From a virus (taxonomy: Duplodnaviria > Caudoviricetes), in the IMG/VR virus record IMGVR_UViG_3300029288_004596, positions 32,001-96,000 of that record: a stretch of 64,000 nucleotides of DNA. The stretch is one strand, 5' to 3'. Shown piece after piece: positions 20,301 through 27,900 of this stretch (positions are counted from its first letter, which is position 1; every line of letters begins with the position of its first letter). The notes beneath the pieces are model-generated. The model saw only the letters and a list, made by a program, of their open reading frames with translations. It was not told the origin of the DNA and made no database searches. The translations under genes were made by a program, and so were the position numbers.

Positions 20301-21951
20301 CAGTAACTTCTCTGGATCTTTCAGCTGGATCTGCCAGAGTCCCTGGACCCACAACTACAGTCTTCTCTTCCATATAGGTTTCTTCTGGAAGTTCTAGTAG
20401 TGAACCATCAAAGATTCCGCCAGCGCTGTCACCCTCTGTGACTGGGAGGTTTAACGCGCTATAGCCAGTGGACTTGCCATTGAGATAGTCATACATGGAA
20501 GCTATTGTCTGGGCGTCGGCTATCCTCTTCTTTATAATGTCTATAGGCCTATAGAGTTCTTCCACTGTAGTCATGGCCTGCAGATACTCTTCTGTGGGAA
20601 TATAGAACCTTAGGTCTCCTGTAAACTGAGTCTTTCTTGTTTCCAGGCTGGGTTCCAATCCCAAAGTATTGGTCTTGGAGTCACACCACTTCATGAACAA
20701 CGGATAACAGAAGGAAGAGTCAAAGCTGGGACAACCCTGTATATACTGCTGCCAGTCAAACTTCTCAGCCTGCAGGGTCACTTCCAGCATGTTAGGATAG
20801 TTGGGAACTGTGGCTACCTGAAGACCATAGATAGCTATTGCGTCTATATCGTAGGTGTTGTTTAGCAAATCATTTTCTATTGGCAGGAAAGGAGTGTGTT
20901 CTACCATCCTTATCAGTGGAAGGAGAGAATTATTTATAGATGGGCCATCTGGCATAATAAACCTCATGGTTATGCTTTGCTCTGTGTGCCCAAATCCCTT
21001 GGCGATAGATCCCGCCGCTCTGAGCAGGGGCATCATCTCTACCTGAGACTTATTGCCAAAGACTATATCCTCTGGGGGAACATCCAGAACAGCGTATCCA
21101 ATCCTGGTGTAGCCTAGACTTTCTCTCATGCTGACTTCATCTTCTGTTTCCCTGAATGGTATGGGAGGAGCCAGGTACTCAGGTTCTGACTCAAAGATCT
21201 CAGACCAGTCAGTTTCCCCAATTTCAGTGACATCGTTTAATATCTTGTTTATAGTATGGGGTTCTTCTACCTTAGGATCTGCGGCTTTGTCCAACAACTG
21301 TTGGATATTCTCTACGTTCTTGTCTATGCCATTAGAGTGTTTAGAGTCCAGATTCTCCTGGAAGGAAAGGTTACTAGCAGTCTGCCCTCTGTTTATGCTC
21401 CCAGCGACTGACTCATTTAGAGCTTTGTTTGTCTTATCTATTCTATCTGTGGTATCTAAGTAGGACGCGTACAAGGTGCTGGCTTTAAATGGAGTCTTCT
21501 TGACTACAGGATCAGGGGGGAACAGCCTGAGGGAAGATTCTATGGCTTGGTCTCTTTCGCTCTTTGCATTAAACCTTTCAGTCTCATTCTGGTAGGAGTA
21601 CTCTATCATCCTGTTCCCGAGCTGATTGGTTGTGATAGATAGATTTATCTTTTTCTTATCAGTTTCTGGTATTTCCTTTAGGAGATTCTCAGTAGCTCTC
21701 TGAACATTGCAAGCCTTGACAGTCAGGTTTCTAGTGTGGGAGTCTGTAGTGGGAGGCAGGTTAGCCAGACTCTTATTCTTTATAAGTCCATGGTTTCCAT
21801 CATCTGTCAGGGTTACCACTACCAGGTCTTCTGACACTACAGGAGGAATATCTGTGGGCGTGAATCTGCAGACAGATCCGTCCCCTATCAAGGTTATCTC
21901 CTGAGCCGCAGGCCCATTTCTTTTAGTTACCAGTCCTAAGGCTTTCTTCAA
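14317..21951 (-). CDS. Giant baseplate hub/tail lysin with lytic transglycosylase (SLT, ~18230-18760) and C-terminal NlpC/P60-CHAP-like peptidase (~14320-14680) (2544 aa)
   Basis: SLT: LSIEGG, IGLGQL, AMAAYNCG, ETKNY. Peptidase: GDCGDYV...LEPGDII...QHFAMV. Hub-like segments RPGARVHIRIGYG..VFNGTI and IMGDPSIKPYDRIYL. Lies upstream of the spike genes. Confidence 0.85.
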   Translation of the reverse strand: MKKALGLVTKRNGPAAQEITLIGDGSVCRFTPTDIPPVVSEDLVVVTLTDDGNHGLIKNKSLANLPPTTDSHTRNLTVKACNVQRATENLLKEIPETDKKKINLSITTNQLGNRMIEYSYQNETERFNAKSERDQAIESSLRLFPPDPVVKKTPFKASTLYASYLDTTDRIDKTNKALNESVAGSINRGQTASNLSFQENLDSKHSNGIDKNVENIQQLLDKAADPKVEEPHTINKILNDVTEIGETDWSEIFESEPEYLAPPIPFRETEDEVSMRESLGYTRIGYAVLDVPPEDIVFGNKSQVEMMPLLRAAGSIAKGFGHTEQSITMRFIMPDGPSINNSLLPLIRMVEHTPFLPIENDLLNNTYDIDAIAIYGLQVATVPNYPNMLEVTLQAEKFDWQQYIQGCPSFDSSFCYPLFMKWCDSKTNTLGLEPSLETRKTQFTGDLRFYIPTEEYLQAMTTVEELYRPIDIIKKRIADAQTIASMYDYLNGKSTGYSALNLPVTEGDSAGGIFDGSLLELPEETYMEEKTVVVGPGTLADPAERSREVTVTTKSVKEKGVIVKVTSPHWLQLLHTQGAIKNVYSGTSRNLNDVYYSSETGLRYKKDKHGKLEITNAKLTDSELETLWKDLDAVAVPMGQSVLGRTGASTTTADQNTLFRLSHAVYWVEVDLKEVNDNKGAFNILKKGVETYAKKGEGEDKLKEATNRYQTKLKEMEDIKYESIEIEGLIPEQINAGMAPKIVKHETQGNEVGAMQCMGTGDVVFTISGSLESDEAAKKLKQMMEKLTYLVRTYQGKGIGTDTGYPGYLRISNELAAILGIDSLLPINCSIQTQPGFPGEHKFELAFVKFENENNSRENLKPMDDPNWYGNTMEGLQRTTDDPSNHAIRAEQLHSKLRTLELYPDMKLPTYKELFVWMQTMMEQGYDERWTAQEIREYLLPSITDKEGRLTYNAANAYVDPDFYCSPWVSFGKKLIDELSWDDAGKKNKTKITSNLIDATKAKATLDFNGKWKPDEKCQAQIGYYEEEYKKIKADMESSTSNVSKDIETAANSIGLQAKDLNEVIKQRGVPEGPAKVMLSIEGGASTVVNGTHNNNIGLGQLGNSALSTALKYSGKYNFVESGSGGTYTKGSSRLSYSTKSGYSSKSEVDPNDPRLDPLMAADLSLAYLTMKRDMVWEAAGRRIPKDSDECWIMAMAAYNCGDTRVKRIITDNLSNTATEQSLLEAVRSQVPNETKNYIDKAKGLLKTKETKEETLIPVNYGRSPFGFKEGHVDVTTSVPQMALAKRQEEKLRKTPKPEMPGAKMFPIDEMFLREDGLDMLYDMRNYSNVGRLVRAFPTYCLLLVDEGRWLRFWRLYDKFYGMNAVQSIEIHKTRKGPIDTAVIGFSNIFGRLSGLPVENPMVPGINYKWGLDYIIEGIIQGLFPSPSDYLEQWSMHANRLLLRPGARVHIRIGYGSNSNRLPVVFNGTITEQPAQEENLTVVALSDGRELTNVMSEGSYKSHSILGCAMEPREIINKVMSPIGLVELVTKGGYRHDNPYGISHFGSVSYATMDKHTQEIGVNIYRADPQGMESDVANAESSLWTRLDVLGLCRGFSTESLIGIKMDEATPWKVIDTCAKVTMDYVAAVHPFELRSTLFYGRPYWPVYYEYRADILAASRKAMTSEMKGLVKNPEDIDISKFPEKLMYWKPFSQFHIISSEHNLIANKIRTNAEVYTGCMAGGTSNSWFTTDNHQYWTEPWFLDTDIFPEYQRMMYIKSGLYSTQTQDVIEGIEQWDIARFIGWTTRKPDNNYAVGSLKTALKDMYDGHLVIMGDPSIKPYDRIYLSDTHIDMHGTIEVKEVTHHLSSEFGLVSTVSPDIMASATDAQDQLGIAWYGQLGRKIAGGMALRGLVTSYAVQLNQEALGKALLTLLIKIDAKGSQELKTLGLSVKDAIYKATMGNLKEIYKGSKSYESMEKLLFKIQAKGSKAVDVVDEWFTKLIADGKIGEVLKTYVSNEKNLSSLSEFLSKHESIADVWDFVANFWDRLETSLENTRIGRLVAKHGKEIETLATQKNEISKLKSVAENIKKDIDTLDKERIAKKKKITTLKTQKKIDETKKEAKSLYNKARYRQKKLDDVTKTIQEQEEALAANESTAAKLYRLQQTGRDVEPARKAYTEANEAYLKASKKVETLRAKTLPKESKFQTMDVIDVARKQTATEAAEATVRASKTYKDMMTAQEVLEGASTKLKEVEEVYAMSAQAIRGGTIKWLGNIRRGSITKMLTKAGIWFAVANSIADWIGRYLIRRQCIILFPLSFKGRKLVAGIDGHMGCVVGDHQGYWDSIISQFSLNQGMMEGWSRAQESYGLGGIFTKDFLKGAVAFTLFGVGVDVPEYEFDINYEEASGLPGGEVAAAKMLGPQRPAAPRLGTYTSGKKEVGMFTTTLDKRLDGRNWVEGDCGDYVTQLLKVMGAKDKSGKLIDVGDSRITAASDRCYKKWYPSANELEPGDIIALDYRTSKQHFAMVCRNSEGDLYLNECLNGNVQISRTLQSQASRISWYARPNY

Positions 21952-22901
21952 AATGCGTACCCCTTTGTAAGGTCATTTACAAACATCTCATCTATCCTCG
22001 CTTTGTCCATAGGGACATCAGCGTAGTTTATATTTATATTCATGTTGGGAGTAGCCATGGGATCCTCTTTAGTCTCCTCGCTTACGCTCATGCTCTCCTG
22101 TTTCTTTTTATACTGGATATTGCTGGTCACATTATCAAAGGCTCGTCCTATAGCTTTTAGACCTACGCTCATCCCAAACCACAAGGGAATGGATAGCAAT
22201 GGTCCTATGGCCATCCTGCCGCTCATCTTTAGTTTATCTTTCAAGGCTGAGTCTATGGCATCTCCCACTATGTCATGGGCCATGCCTCTCCATTCCCTGG
22301 CTTTCTCTACAGCTAAGGGATACTTGGAGAGTTTAGGTTTCTCCAGCCACCCAGCCATTGTATCCAGGACTTTAGATACAGTTCCCTTAGTAGTTTTGTT
22401 AGTTCCAAGGTATATCCCAGCCCTTCCGCCCAAGTAATCGGCTATTGGGTCTGTTATAGCAAAGGCTAACCCACCTATCTTTTCCTCATAGTTCTTGCCT
22501 ATAGCTAAGGAGACTACTCCTGAACCAAAGGCCGCATAGTATCTGCCCATGATAGAAGCGCTGACCCCAGACTTATATATGGCCCCTATCTTATCCATGA
22601 GGGCTCCCTCAGTTCTCATATAAGTCTTGATAGCGTCTATCCCCATGTATCCCCCAAAGATAGCTAGTCCTGAGAATGGGACCATGTACTCTGTGGGGTG
22701 CAGGATAGCTTCTGTGGTGGTGTCTACTCTTTCAGTGGCTAGGGTCTTCAGCACATCTGTGGTAGACTGATGCTTATATGGCAGTCTCCACTTTTCTTTA
22801 AAGTGCTGACCTACTTGGGATTCCAAGTTCTGGTGATACGAGTTTATCTGTCCACCCTTGGATACTATATGTGAATAATATGAGTCTTGGGGATTATACA
22901 T
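21948..22901 (-). CDS. Hypothetical protein with hydrophobic Gly/Ala-rich segments, possible ejected/membrane protein (317 aa)
   Basis: Hydrophobic stretches (PFSGLAIFGGYMG, IGPLLSIPLWFGMSVG); overlaps the start of the hub gene. Confidence 0.55.
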   Translation of the reverse strand: MYNPQDSYYSHIVSKGGQINSYHQNLESQVGQHFKEKWRLPYKHQSTTDVLKTLATERVDTTTEAILHPTEYMVPFSGLAIFGGYMGIDAIKTYMRTEGALMDKIGAIYKSGVSASIMGRYYAAFGSGVVSLAIGKNYEEKIGGLAFAITDPIADYLGGRAGIYLGTNKTTKGTVSKVLDTMAGWLEKPKLSKYPLAVEKAREWRGMAHDIVGDAIDSALKDKLKMSGRMAIGPLLSIPLWFGMSVGLKAIGRAFDNVTSNIQYKKKQESMSVSEETKEDPMATPNMNININYADVPMDKARIDEMFVNDLTKGYAF

Positions 22902-22906
22902 GGCGC

Positions 22907-22936
22907 AAAAAAAGTCCCTCTAGAAAAGAGAGACTT
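22907..22936 (-). terminator. Intrinsic terminator-like hairpin overlapping the RBS of 21948..22901
   Basis: Minus strand AAGTCTCTC-TTTTCTA-GAGGGACTT-TTTTT, then GCGCC ATG. Confidence 0.7.
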
Positions 22937-22941
22937 ATCAC

Positions 22942-22956
22942 TATATATTATAGCCT
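22942..22956 (-). promoter_or_regulatory. Putative phage promoter motif AGGCTATAATATATA (copy 2)
   Basis: Exact match to 14304..14318; a perfect 14-bp palindrome TAAGGATATCCTTA lies just upstream (22962..22975). Confidence 0.6.
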
Positions 22957-22979
22957 TAGATTAAGGATATCCTTAGAGG

Positions 22980-24947
22980 TTACTTTTTCCAGGTGTCTGC
23001 TATTTCCACTCCTATTTCTATAGGAACTCTAGGAAGGAACTCCTTTCCAGCCTTGATCATCATGCTCTCGACAATGTCAGCCACAGCCTTTATCTTGGGC
23101 TCAGGTCCTATGGCCACTATCTCATCGTGCACCCACATTATAATCCTGCACTCATTGGGGAAGTCGGATATCTTCTGGAGTTCCCTGTCTGCTAGGATAG
23201 TGGCTACCTTCATGATGTCCGCGTTGGAACTCTGGGCTCCATGATTCATGGCGGCTCTTTCTATGGAAGCCACCCTTTTCTCCCATTCCTTTAGTCCTTC
23301 AGCTGTGGTAGCGTCTCTAAGAGCTGGAGGATAATATCTTTTTCTTCCAGCTACAGATAAAGTGTATCCTACTCCCAGAGCCATCTTCTTTTGTCTATTG
23401 AGATATCTTCTGAGTCTAGAGTAGGTGCTGAAGTACTTGTTCATGATCTCTATAGCTTCCTGGAGTTCTATGCCATTCTGTTTAGCCATGGAACCAGGTC
23501 CTACTCCATAGGGAATGCCAAAGGTGGTGGCCTTGGATGTGGCCCTCTGTTCCTTGGTTACTTCCTTGGGAGGTATCTTGTATAGAAGGGAAGCTGTAGC
23601 TCTGTGGAAGTCTGTGTTGTATACTTCATCTAATATAGCTGTGAGTTCTGGATGAGCCTTCATGAACTCCTCTGAGTCTGGGAGTTTTTCCAGGCCATTC
23701 TTCTTCAGGAACTCTTTGAGTTTAGCGTTAGCTATATATCCTCTGTTGAAGACGTCAATCATAGTCTGGTCATTGGCTTCATTGGCTATGATGCGCACCT
23801 CTATCTGAGACATGTCAGCTATTACCACTTTGTATCCAGGCTGGGGTTTAATCATTACTCTATATGCGTTGGACCTCGGCAAATTTTGGGCATTGGGTTC
23901 ACTACTTGCGAACCTCCCAGTGCTTGTCTGGGTCTGATGGAAACTTGGGTGCACATTGTGGGTCACTGGATTTACCAGAGTTCTACCCCACTGTATGGGA
24001 TAGTCTATTTCCTTAGAGACTCTCCTGTGCTCCATGAGCAGATCTATTAATGGATCTCCCTTGTACTTCTCAAGCTCTTCTTTCTCGGTGCTTTCCAGTT
24101 CAAAGCCCATCTTTTCCAGGACATACTTCATCTGAGCGGTGGAACTTATGTTTAGTTTAGGGTCTCCTATGTGATCCAGTATCTTTCTTTCTATCTCCAT
24201 GAGTTCTTCTCTCATGGAGATTTCCAGTTCCCTGGCATATTCCATATCTACTGGTATCCCTAGGGCTTTGTTTATTCCTATGATAGGGATAAGGTGCCTT
24301 TCCATGTTATACCAGAGGTGGAGCATCTTCTCTTCTTTTAGTTTTTTGACCAGTTTATCTTTCAAATCTATGAGGTGCTCTACATCTCTAGCTGAATACT
24401 CTATCTGTCCATTAGTAAGAGGACTCTTCTTGGAGAGGGTGGCAAAGAGTTTCTGGCAGGTCTTATCCAATACTATTCCTAGTTCTCTTTCAAGACAGTT
24501 GTCCAAGCTTGCGCTTTCAGCTATCCTCCCAGCTCTTAGCATCTGAGCCATTACCAATGTGTCATAAGAAACATTGAGGGACACCCCATACTTTACATAA
24601 AACCATGGGAACTCAAAACTGGCATTGTGTATGATGCACTTTCTAGAGGCTATCTGGTTAATGAAATTAGAGACCTCCAGGTTCCTTGGGTCCACCACCT
24701 TGACCTTCTTGCCCCTTTCTTTAATGGCTATAAGGAATATGGTCTCTGTGTGGGGGTCAAGCCCTGAGGTCTCTATGTCTAAGGCTATCTCTTCGTCTAG
24801 TATTATGGAATCTAGTTTCTCTTGGGAGTCTATATACTCATAGAATTCTCCATCTCTTATCTTCTCTGGCAGTTGTGTCAGTCTTCTCCTAGTGTTCTCT
24901 ACCAAGGAAACCTCAAATAGACTTTCCTCTACCCTCTTATTTGCCAA
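22980..24947 (-). CDS. polA: Family A DNA polymerase with 3'-5' exonuclease (655 aa)
   Basis: Exonuclease: ALDIETSG, IIHNASFE, YSARDV. Polymerase: TSTGRFASSEPNAQNLPR, motif A ADMSQIEVR, motif B RATSKATTFGIPYG, motif C VHDEI. Confidence 0.95.
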   Translation of the reverse strand: MANKRVEESLFEVSLVENTRRRLTQLPEKIRDGEFYEYIDSQEKLDSIILDEEIALDIETSGLDPHTETIFLIAIKERGKKVKVVDPRNLEVSNFINQIASRKCIIHNASFEFPWFYVKYGVSLNVSYDTLVMAQMLRAGRIAESASLDNCLERELGIVLDKTCQKLFATLSKKSPLTNGQIEYSARDVEHLIDLKDKLVKKLKEEKMLHLWYNMERHLIPIIGINKALGIPVDMEYARELEISMREELMEIERKILDHIGDPKLNISSTAQMKYVLEKMGFELESTEKEELEKYKGDPLIDLLMEHRRVSKEIDYPIQWGRTLVNPVTHNVHPSFHQTQTSTGRFASSEPNAQNLPRSNAYRVMIKPQPGYKVVIADMSQIEVRIIANEANDQTMIDVFNRGYIANAKLKEFLKKNGLEKLPDSEEFMKAHPELTAILDEVYNTDFHRATASLLYKIPPKEVTKEQRATSKATTFGIPYGVGPGSMAKQNGIELQEAIEIMNKYFSTYSRLRRYLNRQKKMALGVGYTLSVAGRKRYYPPALRDATTAEGLKEWEKRVASIERAAMNHGAQSSNADIMKVATILADRELQKISDFPNECRIIMWVHDEIVAIGPEPKIKAVADIVESMMIKAGKEFLPRVPIEIGVEIADTWKK

Positions 24948-24948
24948 A

Positions 24949-27900
24949 TTATCCTCCCGCTAGTTTTGTCGCCATGTCGTCTATGTAGTTCTTATCAAAT
25001 ACAGTCCTGTTGTCCTGAGTGTTTACTGTGGGTTGAGCTGGGATAGGAGCGTTTGAACCAGCCCCTAGAGCTGTCTGTATGGATTCCACTAAATCATTAT
25101 GGGAGATGTGCTGTTCAGTGGTGCCGTCAACGCTTATTCTTATACTCTTATACTTGGGGGATATTTTGGTAGAGATGTCGTTGTGCTTCACTGATATTGG
25201 CATTTCTTTTTCTTCCACATTCTCCAAGTTTGGTTTTCTCATAGCTGCAAAGGCTGCCCCAGCCGCCATGATGGCTACTGGCAGTTTATGATCCGACATC
25301 CATTCCACTACTCTTGGGGCTGTCTCTTCTGCCTGGCTAACTATATTATACATCCCTCCGCTGAACTTTGTAAAGCTTGGTTGCGTGACTCTTTCTATGG
25401 CTAAAGGATCTATGCCCATGTCTCTATTGATATAGGATCTCACCAGGTTCCTGAGTTCAATGGGGTTCCTCCAATCAGAGGCCACCTTATCAAGTTCTCC
25501 TGGGGATAAAGAACCAATAATTCTGCCCTCTAAGTCCATGGCTTCTTCAGGGACGTTGTTCCATCCAAGGTAGTCCATTATGTTTCTTCTGGTGACATCG
25601 TCCAGATCTGGAGTAGCAAATATCTGTCTGCCTACTCTGTCTAAGGGAACTTCAGATAAGGGCTTGCCTTTAAATTCCTTAGCTATCCAGTTGCTGTAGG
25701 GCACTGTCAATGGAGGTCTTAAGGAGTTTTCCAGAACCTCATTTCCTATGCTCTCTATCTGAGCTGATTGAGCAGCCAGGTTATTCCTTCTATTCTGCAG
25801 GTAGTTGGAGAACTCTCCCTGAGTTAGCAGGTTGTACCTTTCTATATCTAGCAGGTGTTCTGGAGTTGAGCCTATTTTTAGAGCATACTCTCTGAGAGAA
25901 GTCGCCCCTCCTTGTATAGCTTCTAGTAGTTCAGGGTCTCCTATCTTCTGGGCTAGAGGAGTTCTCTGAGTAGCCAGGGCTGGAGCTATTGTTTCATTCC
26001 ATAGAGTAGCGCTGACTCTAGCTAAATCATCAGGAGGCATCTCCTTGCTTAGTCCCAGGACTGCTTTTTCTGTGTCAGACATATTGCCTATCAGTCTTCT
26101 GGAGATTCTCTGGACATCAGCGTCAAAAGCTTCAGCTGAACTTATGTTTATGCTTTCAGCGTTTGCCCCTAGGGCGTCTATGTTAAAGGAGAGTTTCCTA
26201 TTCCAAGTATCTATCCTTCTGTTGAGTCTCTCATAGGGAGCCAGCTCATCTACTCTGGACCAGTAGTTGGAAAGGATTTCCTTTTCCTGTTCCTTAGTGA
26301 AGTTGAGGGAGTTGAGTCTCTCATAGAATCCTCTATGAAAATCATTGTACTCATCCAGCCAGGCTTCTCGGACATAACCCATCTGTTTCTGGAGTCTCTC
26401 ATCATCCAAGAGACCAACATACTTGGTTACATCCTCTCCCCTTTGCTGTCTCAGATATATCTCATCCAGGTTCTCCAGCCTGTAGGCTTCATCAATTCCT
26501 GCGGCTGTGGACTCTCTGGCTCTTCTGATTCTTCTGCCCGCTAAGTCCTGAGCATATTCTATCCTAGCCTTAGTGCCTTCTTCCAGGGTCTCAAAGGTAT
26601 GGAACTGTCCCTGTAATCTGTTTACCAGATTATAAGTAGAGTCTGTCACTCTCACATACTTGTCAAGAGCATTGCCTCGGTCATCCAGTTCTCTTAGTAC
26701 AGCTGTACTGGAGTCCGAGAAGTCATAACCATGTATCTGGAAAAGTCTGCCTTTAGTGGAAGTCCCTTCTAAACCAAATAGATACTTGCCAGTGAAGGGA
26801 TCAGTTACTTCCTGACCAGAAATCCTAGACTGCAGAGCTCCTATTCTATTCATTAACTCTGCAGCTATATCTCTTGTAGTGGCTGCATCATAGACGCCTA
26901 TGTGTTCTTCTTTCCAGGTTCCAGCTCTAACACCAAGGTACTTGGCTAGGTTCTCTAGGCTATAACCTCCAGGTATAAGGTTGCCTGTCAAGTCCTCATA
27001 GACCTTAGCCAGCAGCATAGTGTCTATACTCTTGAGTCTTTTCTTTTCTAAGCTGGCTAATACTTCTGGGGGAAATCCCAGTTCCTGGGCTCTGGATATG
27101 AGAGCGTTAAAGTCAAACTGAATGTTGTGCCCGACTACATAAGGGTTTTCTCTTCCCAGCCATGAGGTCAGCTGTTCTATGCTTTCCTTCTCGGTGGTTA
27201 CAAAGTTAGGAGTATAGCCAGGAACCTTCTTTCCAAACTCATTCTTCCAGTTAGGGGCTTCTCCTACATTGAGAGCTCCTCTGTCATGACTGTAACCAAC
27301 CCCGCCAATGTTTGTTATCTGATTCTCAGGGTTGGTCTCTATATCTATATAGGTTCCATACTCTGACTTAAAATACTTTAACCTTTCCAGCATATCCATG
27401 TCAGAAAGAGGTATTACTGCTCCGTTAGCTAGCTTAACAAACTTAGCTTCAGTGGTCCTTGAGATATCAAGAGATCCTGGAGGAGGAGTGGAGGATATAG
27501 TGTATAGGTCCTTAAGTCCTAACTCTATTTCTTCTGGGTTCTTGTAGTAAAGGTTTCCATTATAGAGTAGCCCTTGTTCTGTCAGGGTACCCGTTCCCTC
27601 TAATCCTATAGTCTTATTCAGATTGAGGTTTATGCTATTTCTTACAGCGTTGATGGCTTCTTCTAGAGAACTTCTCTGAGCAAAGAGTTTGTCTACCTTT
27701 GACATATGGGTGGAAAGAGCCTGACCTGTTAGGTTTGCCGCTTCCCTCATAGCCGCGTCTATCTTGAGTTCTGTTTCCTGTATTCTCTGTAATAGGAGAC
27801 TAGCTTCCTGGAGTTTCTTCTTTGCGTTGCCACTGACAAGTCTTCCTAAGACAACCTCTAAACCTAGGTTATCCTCTCCAAGTATGGGACCTAGAGCTTC

